Assembly: GCA_951406725.2 (NCBI GenBank)
Contig: OX597838.1
Coordinates: forward strand, 34,968,001-35,032,000
DNA length: 64,000 nucleotides
Direction of reading: 5' to 3'
DNA from: Octopus vulgaris
Taxonomy: Eukaryota
Positions within the stretch are counted from its first letter, which is position 1; every line of letters starts with the position of its first letter. Under the pieces are notes generated by a model. That model was not told the DNA's origin, did no database searches, and saw only the letters and a program-made list of their open reading frames with translations. Position numbers and translations under genes: made by a program. Positions 27,980-40,833 of the stretch are shown piece after piece.

Positions 27980-29955
27980 ACCTAAGGTATCTGAGATGGT
28001 AAATCTTCACTGTAACACTAAAAGATTGGGTTTCGAGAAATGTATGTATGTATGTATGCATGCATGCATGTATATATATATGTACATAAGTATGTAATGT
28101 ATGAATGAGTGCATGCATACATTCATGCATGCAAGTTGATCAGAGATGTTCCAACTTTGACCAAATAATAGTCTTTATTGAATTATCTCATATCTCGGTG
28201 TACATAACCTAGTGTGATTTGATGGATATTTAGCTGCGTTCTTCAGCAGCTTGAAAGACCATGTGGAAGCTTCCTTGTATGTTTGCCTGATGTGCATGAA
28301 AGACATGGCAGAAATGCGCTGAGACATTGGCAGCTGACAGATTTCAAGAAGGCTTAACAATAGATATACAGTGGACGCAAAAGAGGTGATCCCCTTTGGT
28401 CATTAACGACCATGGGATTGCACCTAGAAAGTTACCCTCCCAGGCACAAGTCCGGGCAAGATTGTTTATAGAAGACCAACAATCACCCATGCATACCAAT
28501 CTCCCCTCTCTACACCACTGATGTTGTCCAAGGGAAAGGCAAAGGGGCCGATACAGCTTGGGACCAGTGACGTTGCAACTCATTTCTACAGCTGAGTGAA
28601 CTGGAGCAACGTGAAATAGTGTCTTGCTCAAGCACACAACACACAGCCTGGTCCAGGAATCGAACTCACAAGGCCAACAGTTTTGGCAGAGGTGTCAAGT
28701 TTATTAAATCAACACCACTGCTCAGCTGCGTGGAGGCACGTGGTTTAGTGGTGAAGGTGTTGGTCTCATGATCGTAAGATTGTGGTTTTGACTCCTGGAC
28801 TGGGCGATGTGTTGTGACTTTGGGCAAAACACTTCATTTCACATAGCTCCAGTCCACTCAGCTGGCCAAAATGAGTAATCCTGTGACTGACCAAGTGGGT
28901 AACTTATATGCCATAGAAACTGGGAAACAAGCCCTTATGAGTTGGCATGACTCGATAAGGTAACTTTACCCTTTTTTTTACTTCTCAGTTGGTATTTGTT
29001 TTATCAACCCTAAAAGGATGAAAGGCAAAGACTGCCTCAGCAGAATTTGAACTCAGAATGCATTTTTCCTAGTGTGCTAATGATTCTGCCAGCTCATTGC
29101 CTTTTAAACATAACTGATATTAAAAGAGCAATGATGAGAGTGTCTGTGTGTCTGTGGATCTGTGAATTTTTGTACAAGTGTTTGTGTGTGTTTATATATT
29201 CATGTATATGTATGTGTATGCATATGCACTGTCTGTCAGGGAAATTGTAGCTGTGATACCAGTGCCGGTGGCACGTAAGCGAACCATCCAAACGTGGCTG
29301 TTGCCAGCCTCGTAAAAAGCACGTAAAAAGCACCATCGGATCATGGCCGTTGCCAGCCTCGCCTGGCCCCCATGCCGGTGGCATGTAAAAAGCACCATCC
29401 GAACATGGCCGTTGCCAGCCTCACTTGGCCCCTGTGCCGGTGGCACGTAAAAAGCACCATCTGACCGTGGTCGTTTGCCAGCCCCGTCTGGCACCTGTGC
29501 CGGCGGCACGTAAAAAGCACCCACTACACTCATGGAGTGGTTGGCGTTAGGAAAGGCATCCAGCCGTAGAAATATTGCCAGATCAGACTGGGCCTGGTGC
29601 AGCCTCCTGGCTTCCCAGATCCCCGGTTGAACCGTTCAACCCATGCTAGCATGGAAAGCGGATGCTAAATGATGATGATATATACATACACATTATATAT
29701 GCATATCTGTGTGTATGTATGTATGTGTATATATATGTGTGTGTGTGTGTGTGTATAAAACCAGATTGACTGGAGCCCAACCGTTGATTTGCAATATAGA
29801 ATTGTGATGAACCATAATCTTGGACTCTGCCATAAGATTACCTGGAGTTCTTCCCTAATCTGAGTAATATTGTTAACCTGCCAACAGGGTTTATGAAGTA
29901 TTTTGCCTGCAATGATAATCCCTCACTATTAGCTCTGCGCGCACACACACGCACG

Positions 29956-30012
<57 letters not shown>

Positions 30013-30230
30013 GGCTGGCCAAGAGTCATGCATTTGACATTTTATTCTTATCACATTATAATTATTATTATTATTAATATTAATATTATTATTATTATAT
30101 CATTATTATTATAATATAATATAATCTGTCTACATAGACTGATAGACACACATATACATATGTGTGTGTGTGATTTTGTGTTTGTGTCTGTACCCCTACT
30201 GTATGGCAGCCGGTATTAGTTTGTTTACAT

Positions 30231-30644
30231 GGCGGCAAGCTGGCAGAAACGTTAGCACGCTGGGTGAAATGCGTAGCCGTATTTCGTCTTCCATTATGTT
30301 GTGAGTTCAAATTCCGCCGAGGTCGACTTTGCCTTTCATCCTTTCGGGATCGATTAAATAAGTACCAGTTACGCACTGGGGTGATATAATCGACTTAATT
30401 CGTTTGTCTGTCCTTGTTTGTCCCCTCTGTGTTTAGCCCCTTGTGGGTAGTAAAGAAATAGGTATTTCGTCTGCCGCTACGTTCTGAGTTCAAATTCCAC
30501 CGAGGTCGACTTTGCCTTTCATCCTTTCGGGGTCGATAAATTAAGTACCAGTTACGCACTGGGGTCGATGTAATCGACTTAGTATCTATGTCTGTCCTTG
30601 TTTGTCCCCTCTGTGTTGAACCCTTTGTGGGTTGTAAAGAAATA
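30231..30644 (+). mobile_element. SINE family B dimer inserted in a SINE A remnant, 19-bp TSD
   Basis: TSD ggtattagtttgtttacat at 30212-30230 and 30645-30663; the second, headless unit starts GGTATTTC at 30461. Confidence 0.88.
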
Positions 30645-31243
30645 GGTATTAGTTTGTTTACATCCCTGTAACTTAATGCTTCAGCAAAACAAGAGGCCAA
30701 TAGAATAAATACCAGACTCTAAAAAAAACAAAATTTGGTTTTCTTTTTTCTTCTTTTTATTCGACTCATCGCTTCAAGACTGTGCACCAGTATGGCCACG
30801 TTAGTTCAATGACTGAAACAAATGAAAGACAATAAGACACAAACACCACGACCGAGTGATCGGTTGGCGCCGACATATCAATAGTTCCACATATAACTTG
30901 CTGGCAGAGCGACAATTTCTGAAGTTGCAGCTACACTGAGCAACACCACAACATGCGGCAGCGTCTTGCAGAGTCTGTGTTTGTTGTCTAATGATGCGAC
31001 TACTGCAGTTCTCTCCTCTCCTCTCTCATCTCCCCTTCCCATTCTGTGCAGCTGCAAAGATTTTTCTGCTATCATCATTGCTTTGTTAGTTAGTCTGTAG
31101 AAAGTACTGCATCTTTACCGCTTTGCTTATAATAACGATGAGCCAACATGTGTGGGTGGGGCTTCACGCCATGCTCGTGTCATTCAGATTATAAGAAATA
31201 GCAACTGAATTTCGCCCCCAAATCACATTCCTGTTGTCTTTAA

Positions 31244-31971
31244 CCCTTTCGTTACCTTATTTCTGTTGAGATGCTCTGTGTTTCTTTCAATTAATTTTAA
31301 ATATAACAAAGAATTTAGTAAAATAACTTAGTTATCATTAATCTAGTGTTAGGAACATAATTTGTGACTAAGGTTTGGTGGAAGATTTTAATTCAAAACT
31401 TAAGAAAACAAGACATTTGTACTACAGAGCCAGAGGCAGTTTCAGCTGGGTTGGTATCAAAAGGGTTAAGAATTGTTTCTCTATTATATATTTTAACCCT
31501 TTTGTTACCTTATTTCTGTTGAGATGTTCTGTGTTTCTTTCAATTAATTTTAAATATAACAAAGAATTTAGTAAAATAACTTAGTTATCATTCAGCTAGT
31601 ATTAGGAATATAAATTGTGACTAATGTTTGGTGGAAGATTTTAATTCAAAACTTATGAAAACAAGACATTTGTACAACAGAGCCAGAAGCAGTTTCAGCC
31701 AGGTTGGTATCAAAAGGGTTAAGAATTGTTTCTCTATTATATATTTTAACCCTTTTCTTAGCATATTTCTGTTGAGATGCTCTGTGTTTCTTTCAATTAA
31801 TTTTAAATATAACAAAGAATTTAGTAAAATAACTTAGTTATCATTCAGCTAGTGTTAGGAACTTAAATTGTGACTAAGGTTTTGGTGGAAAATTTTAATT
31901 CAAAACTTACGAAAACAAGACATTTTACCACAGAACCAGAGGCGGTTTCAGCCGGGTTGGTAACAAAAGGG
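31244..31971. mobile_element. piggyBac-type MITE trimer
   Basis: Units 31244-31465, 31497-31718 and 31750-31971, each flanked by TTAA and separated by the same 23-bp spacer. Confidence 0.88.
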
Positions 31972-32189
31972 TTAACCCATTAACTGCCAAATTTTTTTTA
32001 TTTTTTTTTTTTAGCTTTGCCAGGTGTCTTAGGTGTTAAAATAATATAATATTTAAATTTTCTTCAGGAGTGGCCATGTGGCATCTTGGGCAAGTGTCTT
32101 CTACTATAGCCTCGGGCCGACCAAAGCCTTGTGAGGGGATTTGGTAGATGGAAACTGGAAGAAGCCCATCGTATATGTATATATATATG

Positions 32190-32230
<41 letters not shown>

Positions 32231-34483
32231 ATGTTTGCCCCCCCCCCCCCCCAACAACGCTTGACAACCGATGCTGGTGTGTTTATGTCCCCGTAGCTTA
32301 GTAGTTTGGCATAAGAGACCGATAAAATAAGTACTAGGCTTACAAAGAATAAGCTCTGGGGGCGATTTGCTCGACTATAAAGGTGGTGCTCCCGCATGGT
32401 CGCAGTTAAATATATATGTGTGTATGTGTTTGTGTGTGTGTGTTTGTCCCCCTAGCATTGCTTGACAACCGATGCTGGTGTGTTTATGTCCCCGTCACCT
32501 AGCGGTTCGGCAAAAGAGACCGATAGAATAAGTACTAGGCCTACAAAGAATAAGTCCTGGGGTCGATTTGATCGACTAAAGGTGGTGCTAAAGGTGGAAA
32601 GATCTAGGGAGTGGGAGGTGGGGTGGCGTTGAAGACACTTAGGGTGGTAATGGGGGTGGCCAAATAAGGACAATAGATGTAAAAATGACGAAATAATGGG
32701 TGTTAATTAGGTTAAGTTTCATTTGTGAAATACAGTTGTTTTTAATTTGGTCCAGAAAGTGGTATTTGTTTGTGGTGGTGAATGGGCTGGAGGGAGCACG
32801 TGTATGTGTGTGTGTGAGTTTGGAGGGATATATTATATTTTCGGATACTGTATTGGCTCTTAGTTATGTTCCAGTTAACAACTAACCTCTTTGTTCAGAA
32901 TTTAACGTCTGTGACTACTATTTATTGCTTGTCACGCTGTGAATTCTCCCAATAGGTAAATTCCGTATATGCTTTTTGGTACAGTAAAAATTGTGTGCTG
33001 TATATATTATTAGTAATAATAATAAAGAGTATATTCTGCTGTATAAAACTCCAAAATAAATTTTGTGGATGAACAAGTCACCGTTCTCTTTACTAATAGT
33101 AACACATGGCTGTGTGGTAAGAAGCTTGCCTACCAACCACATGATTCCAGGTTCAGTCCTACTGAGTGGCACCTTGGGCAAGTGTCTTCTACTATAGCAT
33201 CAGGCCGACCAAAGCCTTGTGAGTGGATTTGGTGGAGAAACTGAAAGACACCTGTCATATACATATGCGTGTGTGTGTGTGTGTGTGTGTATAAATTAGA
33301 AAAAAAAACACCTTTTATCAATTCAATAATGAAAAATTAAATTATACCATTTAGAAAAATTGCATATTATAGAAAGATTAAATATAAATAAAGATTAAAT
33401 ATTTTATACATATATATATAGGTTTGGGAAATGGAAACTGAAAGAAGCCGAATATATATATGTGTGTGTGTGTGTTCTTGTGGTTGTGTGTTTCTCCCAC
33501 CAGTGCTTGACAACTGGTGTTGGTGTGTTTATATCTCTGTAACTTAGCAGTTCAGTAAAAGAGATCAATTGTATAAGTACCAAGCTTGAAATAAGATAGA
33601 CAAATGCACTGGAGTCGATTCATCTGATTTAAAAAGTTTTTCAAAGCAGTGCCCAAGCATGACTGCAGTCTAATGAATGAAAGAAGTAAAAGATGTGGCT
33701 GTGTAGTAGAGTAGCTTGCTTACGAACCACATGGTTCTGGGTTCAGTCCCACTGCGTGGCACCTTGGGCAAGTGTCTTCTACTATAGTCTTGGGCCCACC
33801 AAAGTCTTGTGAGTGGATTTGGCAGATGGAAACTGAAAGAAGCCCATCGTATATATATATATGTATATAAAGGGAAAGTTTACGAAAATAAACAAAAGAC
33901 GAAGGCAGGTGGAGTACAAGCAAACAAATGTATTAGTATAGTGCTCAGGAATAGAAAAAAGTCTTTTACGTTTCAAGCCTACGCTCTTCGACAGAAAGAT
34001 ACACAGAAAAAAAACAAGGAGAGAAAGAAGTGTGTGTGTGTGTATGTGTGTGTTTGTGTGTCTGTGTTTGTCCCCCTCAACATTGCTTGACAACCGATGC
34101 TGGTGTGTTTTTGTCCCAGTAACTTAGCAGTTCAGCAAAAGAGACCGATAGAATAAGTACTAGGCTTATAAAGACTAAGTCCTGGGGTCGATTTGCTTGA
34201 CTTAAAGGCAGTGCTCCAGCATGGCCACAGTCAAATGATTGAAACAAGTAAAAGAGTAAGAGTAAAACAGTATATGTATGTATGCATTTCTTTCCTTCTT
34301 TCCTTCTTTCTTTCTTTCTCACTAATCAATTTGATTTGGAGAATCTGTGGCAGTTTCTTTTGTTCTTTCTTTGGAAAACCAAGTATTTCTAGGTGTTTGT
34401 GTGAATTTCTTTGGTATATGGCATAATGCACCGATGATGAAAGGAACAAACGAGAATTTGTAGTCAAAGTACAAGAGCTGTAA

Positions 34484-34514
<31 letters not shown>

Positions 34515-35084
34515 ACGTGTGCATGTGTGCTGAAAGGATGGGCTTCTGCATAGTCTCTCTATACCAAATTCCATGCACAAAACCAAAATTGTTCAACCCT
34601 GAGTCTGTACAGAAGACACAACTTCAAGTTTGCTTCACAGAGGGAGATTGAACCCAGAATCTCTTGATTTGTGAACTTCTTAAGCACACAGCCATTGCCA
34701 TGAAACAAGGTATGATAGGGTGATGTTAATGACGTATAAAACTAAATAATACCATATCAAATAGTCCCAGTTTTTTTTTCTTCTTAATGATGTTGATAAT
34801 GCTTCTTAATGTGTAGATAAAGAATATATTTTTATATACACAGAAATATACACTCACGCATACACACATAAACGTATGCATGCACATACACAGGCCCATA
34901 TGCATGTTTGGTTTTGATAAATATACTTTGAGTACCCTTTTGAAAAGCTATTTATATTCAAAAGTGTAACGGGTCAAAAATTGGATCTGCGAGCTTAACA
35001 GCTTAGGTAAACAAATATAAAGTCAAACATAACAGGTAAAAATAAAATAAACAACAACAATAAGAAGAATGATAAAAATAGTAA

Positions 35085-36190
35085 TCTCTTCTACTATAGG
35101 CACAAGGCCTGGATCTTGTGGGGAGTGGGGTAAGTCGATCATATCAACCCCAGTACTTCAACTGATACTTAACTTAATTTATTGGCCCCAAAAGGATGAA
35201 AGGCAAAGGAGTTCTCGGTGGAATTAGAATTCAGAAAGTAAAGACAGATGACATACCTCTAAACCAACCTTTTTTTCCCACCCCCCAGGCCCCACTATAA
35301 CTTTTCAGAAAAAGGTATGCCCCACTGTAACTTTCCAGAAAAATGTATACCCCACTGATGGCTGCAAAAAAAAATATGTTTGCTGTGAAAAAGAGATTTT
35401 CACAATTCCATGTCCTAATTAAAAAAAAAGAAAAAAATGTTGGATCCCATGTCCCACCACAATTTTCCCATGTCCCACCAGTAGGGTGAATACCCCGTGT
35501 TGGGAATCACTGCTCTAAACACTTTGCCCGGTATGCTAATGATTTTGCCAGCCTTAATAATAATGAAACCCTTTCTACTATAAGCACAATGCCTGAAATT
35601 TCAGGAAGGGGACTAGTTGATTACATCAACCCCAGAACTCAACTGGTACTTATTTTATTGGCCCCAAAAGGATGACAGGCAAAGGAGTTCTCAGTGGAAT
35701 TAGAATTCAGAAAGTAAAGATGGATACCATCCCTCTAAACCAGTGTTTTCCCAGCCTTTTTTCTCCCCAGGCCCCACTGTAACTTTCCAGAAAAATGTAT
35801 GCCCCACTGATGGCTGGAAAAAAAACGTTTGCTGAAAAAAAAAGATTTTCACAATTCCATGTCCCACTTAAAAAAAAAAGAAAAAAATGTTAGATCCCAT
35901 GCCCCACCACAATTTTCCCTTGTCCCACCACAATTTCCCCATGTCCCACCAGAAGGGTGTATACCCCATGTTGGGAATCACTGCTCTAACACTTTGCCCA
36001 GTGTGCCAATGATTTTGCCAGCCTTAATAATAATGATTATCCTCTCTACTATAAGCGCAATGCCTGAAATTTCAGGAAGGGGACTAGTTGATTACATCAA
36101 CCCTAGGACTCAACTGATACTTAATTTTATTGGCCCCGAAAGGATTAAAGGGAGAGTCAATCTCAGCAGAATTTGAACTCAGAATGTAAA
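35085..36190. repeat. Local tandem duplication (~485-bp unit) of a SINE B copy carrying a hAT MITE
   Basis: MITE 35741-35983 has termini cagtgttttccca / tgggaatcactg and target ctctaaac. An equivalent copy with its left TIR deleted ends at 35512, followed by ctctaaac. Confidence 0.8.
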
Positions 36191-36193
36191 TAT

Positions 36194-36355
36194 GGTGCAG
36201 GAGTGGCTGTGTGGTAAGTAGCTTGCTAACCAACCACATGGTTCTGGGTTCAGTCCCACTGCGTGGCATCTTGGGCAAGTGTCTTCTGCTATAGCCCCGG
36301 GCCGACCAATGCCTTGTGAGTGGATTTGGTAGACGGAAACTGAAAGAAGCCTGTC

Positions 36356-36418
<63 letters not shown>

Positions 36419-36635
36419 GGGGTTTGTGTGTCTGTGTTTGTCCCCCTAGCATTGCTTCACAACCGATGCTGGTGTGTTTACATCCCAGTAACTTTGCGGT
36501 TCGGCAAAAGAATCCGATAGAATAAGTACTAGGCTTACAAAGAATAAGTCCCGGGGTTGATTTGCTCGACTAAAGGCGGTGCACCAGCATGGCCACAGTC
36601 AAATGACTGAAACAAGTAAAAGAGTAAAGAGAAAG
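36194..36635 (+). mobile_element. SINE family A full-length copy nested in a SINE B
   Basis: Complete head-to-tail consensus; the host sequence gaactcagaatgtaaa|tatggacaaaatactgc resumes afterwards. Confidence 0.85.
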
Positions 36636-36724
36636 AGAGAGTATGGACAAAATACTGCTAAGCACTTTGCCTAGTATGCTAATGATTCTGCCAACTTGCC
36701 ACCTTAATAATAATAATAATAACT

Positions 36725-37299
36725 ACAAGAGCACTCAGAGAGTGCAAACCTCTGCCAAGGCAACACCGATGTCCTCCCAATAATTAGCCAGAAGTAATTT
36801 TTAAAATGAGAATATCTGAAATAAACTCGACTGCTCTCACAAACGAGAATACTAAAAATGAAGCTGACCACTCTCAAAAATTAAGTAAAAAAAAAAAGAA
36901 TGGAAAATTATTCAGAACCCTTGTCCAGTACCTGATCAATTTCACTGGGAGTCGTGGAATGTAAAGGTGGCTGTAGAAAATTTAGTGAAAGTAATAAATA
37001 GTGTATCCTTATCTAATACAAGCCAAAGTTAACAAATTCACCGTTCAAAATAGTTACAACCTAAAGGGAGATAATTGAGAAAGACTTGAAAGTTAACATA
37101 AGATCATAATCATGTAAAGTAAAGTAAATATAACAAATAATCCAGAATCCTTATCCGGTAACAGATCGATCCCAAAATCTAATCAGTTCGTGCCAGTCAC
37201 GAGGCTAAACTTCCTTGAAAATTTCATCTGAATCCATCCAGCGGTTCTTGAGATATCTACTCCATGGACAAACATGGCATGACATTAAGGTGGAGGTAA
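36725..37299. mobile_element. Helentron-associated (HINE/DINE-1-like) non-autonomous element
   Basis: Starts acaagagcactcagagagtgcaaacctctgccaaggc (short hairpin plus subterminal repeat) and ends ggtggaggtaa, complementary to acctctgcc. Class is from pattern recall. Confidence 0.5.
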
Positions 37300-38124
37300 T
37301 AATCCTTTCTACTATAGGTACAAGGCTGGAAATTCTTGGGGAGGAAGTAAACCAATTACATTGACCCCAGTGCTCAACTGGTACTTATTCTATCAACCCC
37401 GAAAAGACGAAAGACAGAGTCAATCTCAGCAGAATTTGAACTCAGAACGTGAAAATGAATGAAATACCGCTAAGCACTTTACCTGGCGTGCTAATGATTC
37501 TTATTTCTTTATTGCCCACAAGGGGCTAAACATAGAGGGGACAAACAAGGACAGACAAAGGAATTAAATCGATTACATCGACCCCAGTGCGTAACTGGTG
37601 CTTAATTTATCGACCCCGAAGGGATGAAAGGCAAAGTCGACCTCAGCAGAATTTGAACTCAGAACGTAGTGACGGGCGAAATACCACTAAGTATTTTGCC
37701 CAGTGTGCTAATGATTCTGCCATCTCACCACCTTAATGTTAATGATTCCGTCAGTTTTCTCCCTTAATAATAATAATAACAGTAATAATAATAAACCTTT
37801 CTATTATAGGCCAAAGGCCTGAAACTTAGGGGACGGAGCCAGTTGATTACATTGGCCCTAGTGCTCAACTGGTGCTATTTTATCAACCCTTGAAAGAATG
37901 AAATGCAAAGTCAACTTTGGCAGAATCTGAACTCAGAACATAAAGAAGGACAAAATGCCACTAAGCACTTTGTCCAGTCTCCTAACAATTCTGCCAGCTT
38001 GCTGCCTGAATTGAAACATTAATTCTTTCTACTATAGGCTCAAAGCCTGAAAATTTGGGAGAGGAGATAGTAGACTACATCGACCCCCCCCCCTCCAGTG
38101 TTCAGGTGGTACTTATTTCATAGA

Positions 38125-38614
38125 AGGCGGCGAGCTGGCAGAAACGTTAGCACGTCGGGTGAAATGCTTAGCGGTATTTCGTCTGCCGTTACGTTGTGAG
38201 TTCAAATTCCGCCGAGGTCGACTTTGCCTTTCATCCTTTCGGGGTCGATAAATAAAGTACCAGTTACGCACTGGGGTCGATGTATTCGACTTAATCCCTT
38301 TGTCTGTCCTTGTCTGTCCCCTCTGTGTTTAGCCCCTTGTGGGTAGTAAATAAATATATATATAAAGGATAAAATCTTTAAAAGGCAGTGAGCTGGCAGA
38401 AACGTTAGCACGTCGGGCGAAATGCTTAGCGGTATTTCGTCTGCCGTTACATTGTGAGTTCAAATTCCGCCGAGGTCGACTTTGCCTTTCATCCTTTCGG
38501 GGTAGATAAATAAAGTACCAGTTACGCACTGGGGTCGATGTAATCGACTTAACACCTATGTCTGTCCTTGTTTGTCCCCTCTGTGTTTAGCCCCTTGTGG
38601 GTAATAAAGAAATA
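38125..38614 (+). mobile_element. Two SINE B copies within one 17-bp TSD, inserted in an antisense SINE B
   Basis: TSD ggtacttatttcataga at 38108-38124 and 38615-38631. This lies in a dense SINE B cluster spanning 36640-38990. Confidence 0.8.
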
Positions 38615-38987
38615 GGTACTTATTTCATAGACCCCGAAAGGATGAAAGCCAAGGTCAACATTGATGAAATTTGAACTAAGAACATAATAAAGACGGATTA
38701 AATTCTGATAAGCCTTTTTTTCTGGTGTGCTAACAGTTCAGCTGGCTCACCCCTTTAATGATAATTAAAATAATCCTTTCTACTAAAGGCAGAGGGCCTG
38801 AAATTTTGGGGCAGGGGACCAGTTGATTACATTGACTCCAGTGTGTAACTGGTACTTAATTTATTGGCCCTGAAAGGATGGCAGGCAAAGTCGACCTCAG
38901 TAGGATTTGAACCCAGGATGTAAAAATGGATGAAATGCCACTAAATATTTTGCCTGGTGTGCTAATGATTCTGCCAGCTCACCACTT

Positions 38988-39020
<33 letters not shown>

Positions 39021-39595
39021 TAAAAAATAATAAAAAATAAAAAATAAATGCCCTGATGCAGTACCAGGCAGTGGCTCTCGTGGCTTCTGATCTTAAATGA
39101 TTGGAAGTGTTATCATGTACATTGTTTTGTCTTGGTATAAAAGAAGGGCTACAGTAAATATTCTGCTCAATACCACAGATTTGCTTGTCAGTTGTTTGAC
39201 CTTAACCAGTTGACCTTGTCCTTTAGTGGCTGACGATATGTGCATCTCTGATCACGAGCAGAAGTAGTGGGGGAGCATCATAGCCATGTGTTGAGAGGGA
39301 TTCTTTGGGGTTTGAATAATTCACCTCTGGAAACATGGGTGGTTCGTTCAACATCCTTAAACAATCCTTATTCAGGGACCTTTTGAGCGGGATGGGCTAC
39401 TCGACCTAAAGAAAATTCTAACTGGACCCCACCTGCAAGGTCATGTGCTGTTTACCTTGATATGAGATCACCATGTTGCGCACATATGATTGTGATGCAT
39501 GTGCCTGGTGTACCCTTATCGGACGGGTAGTCATGATGGGTATACTGGGCTTCGTATATTTGTGCCCCAGTGTCACTTTGATGGCTCTCTCACTC

Positions 39596-39626
<31 letters not shown>

Positions 39627-40687
39627 TTTCAAATTTTAGCACAAGGCCAGCGGTTTTGAGAGGAGGGGGGGAGGTCAGTTACATCAACACCAGTGCTTAA
39701 CTAGTACTTTATTTTATTGACACTGAAAGGCTAAAAAGCAAATTTGGCCTCAGCAGTATTTGAACTCAGAACTTACAGGTGCAGGAGTGGCTGAGTGGTA
39801 ACAAGCTTGCTCCCCAACCACATCGTTCCAGGTTCAGTCCCACTGTGTGTGCACCTTGGGCAAGTGTCTTCTACTATAGCCTCGGGCCAACCAAAGCCTT
39901 GTGAGTGGATTTGGTAGATGGAAACTAAAAGAAGCCCATCATATACACACACACACATACATGCATGTGTGTCTGTGTTTGTCCCCACCACCATTTCTTG
40001 ACAACTGATGTCGGTGTGTTTACGTCCCCGTAACTTAGCAGTTCGGCAAAAGAGACCGATAGAGTAAGTACTAGCCTTACAAAGAATAAGTCTTGGGGTC
40101 GTTTTGTTCGACTAAAAGGTAGTGCTCCAGCATGGCCGCAGCCAAATGAGTGAACCAACTAGAAGAATAACAGATCTGGCACTTATACTACAAGGCAATT
40201 TATCTGATGTTCAATAATTATAATAAATAAATAATTAAACAAACTGTTCTAATTTATGTCCTCACTTTCTGTTCTTGATATCTGTTGATCTCCTTGAAGT
40301 GTGCCAAAATGAAGTTGACTTGCCCAGGTTTTAGTTTCCAAATCTTATCTCTTCTTGTTCTGTGTGGGTCAAGGTTATAAATGAACAGAGATAAAATAAC
40401 CATTCTGACGATGTGGGACGATGTGAGCGTTGGAGTTGTTTGTGTTTCTTTGTGTGTGTGTGTGTATGTATGAATGAAATGAGAAATAAGGTAGGCTTTT
40501 AACAATGAAGACAATTTAAAAAAAAAAAGCCTTAGTGGCTGTGTGGTAAGTAGCTTACTTACCAACCACATGGTTCTGGGTTCAGTCCCACTGCGTGGAA
40601 CCCTGGGCAAGTGTCTTCTACTATAGCCTTGGGCCGACCAAAGCCTTGTGAGTGGATTTGGTAGATGGAAACTGAAAGAAGCCCATC

Positions 40688-40733
<46 letters not shown>

Positions 40734-40744
40734 GTATATCTATA

Positions 40745-40833
<89 letters not shown>

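Noticed and set aside
34420-34480. ATGATGA as a possible C/D snoRNA box C
   Set aside because: No matching CTGA box D with a terminal stem at a suitable distance, and ATGATGA is very common in this window.
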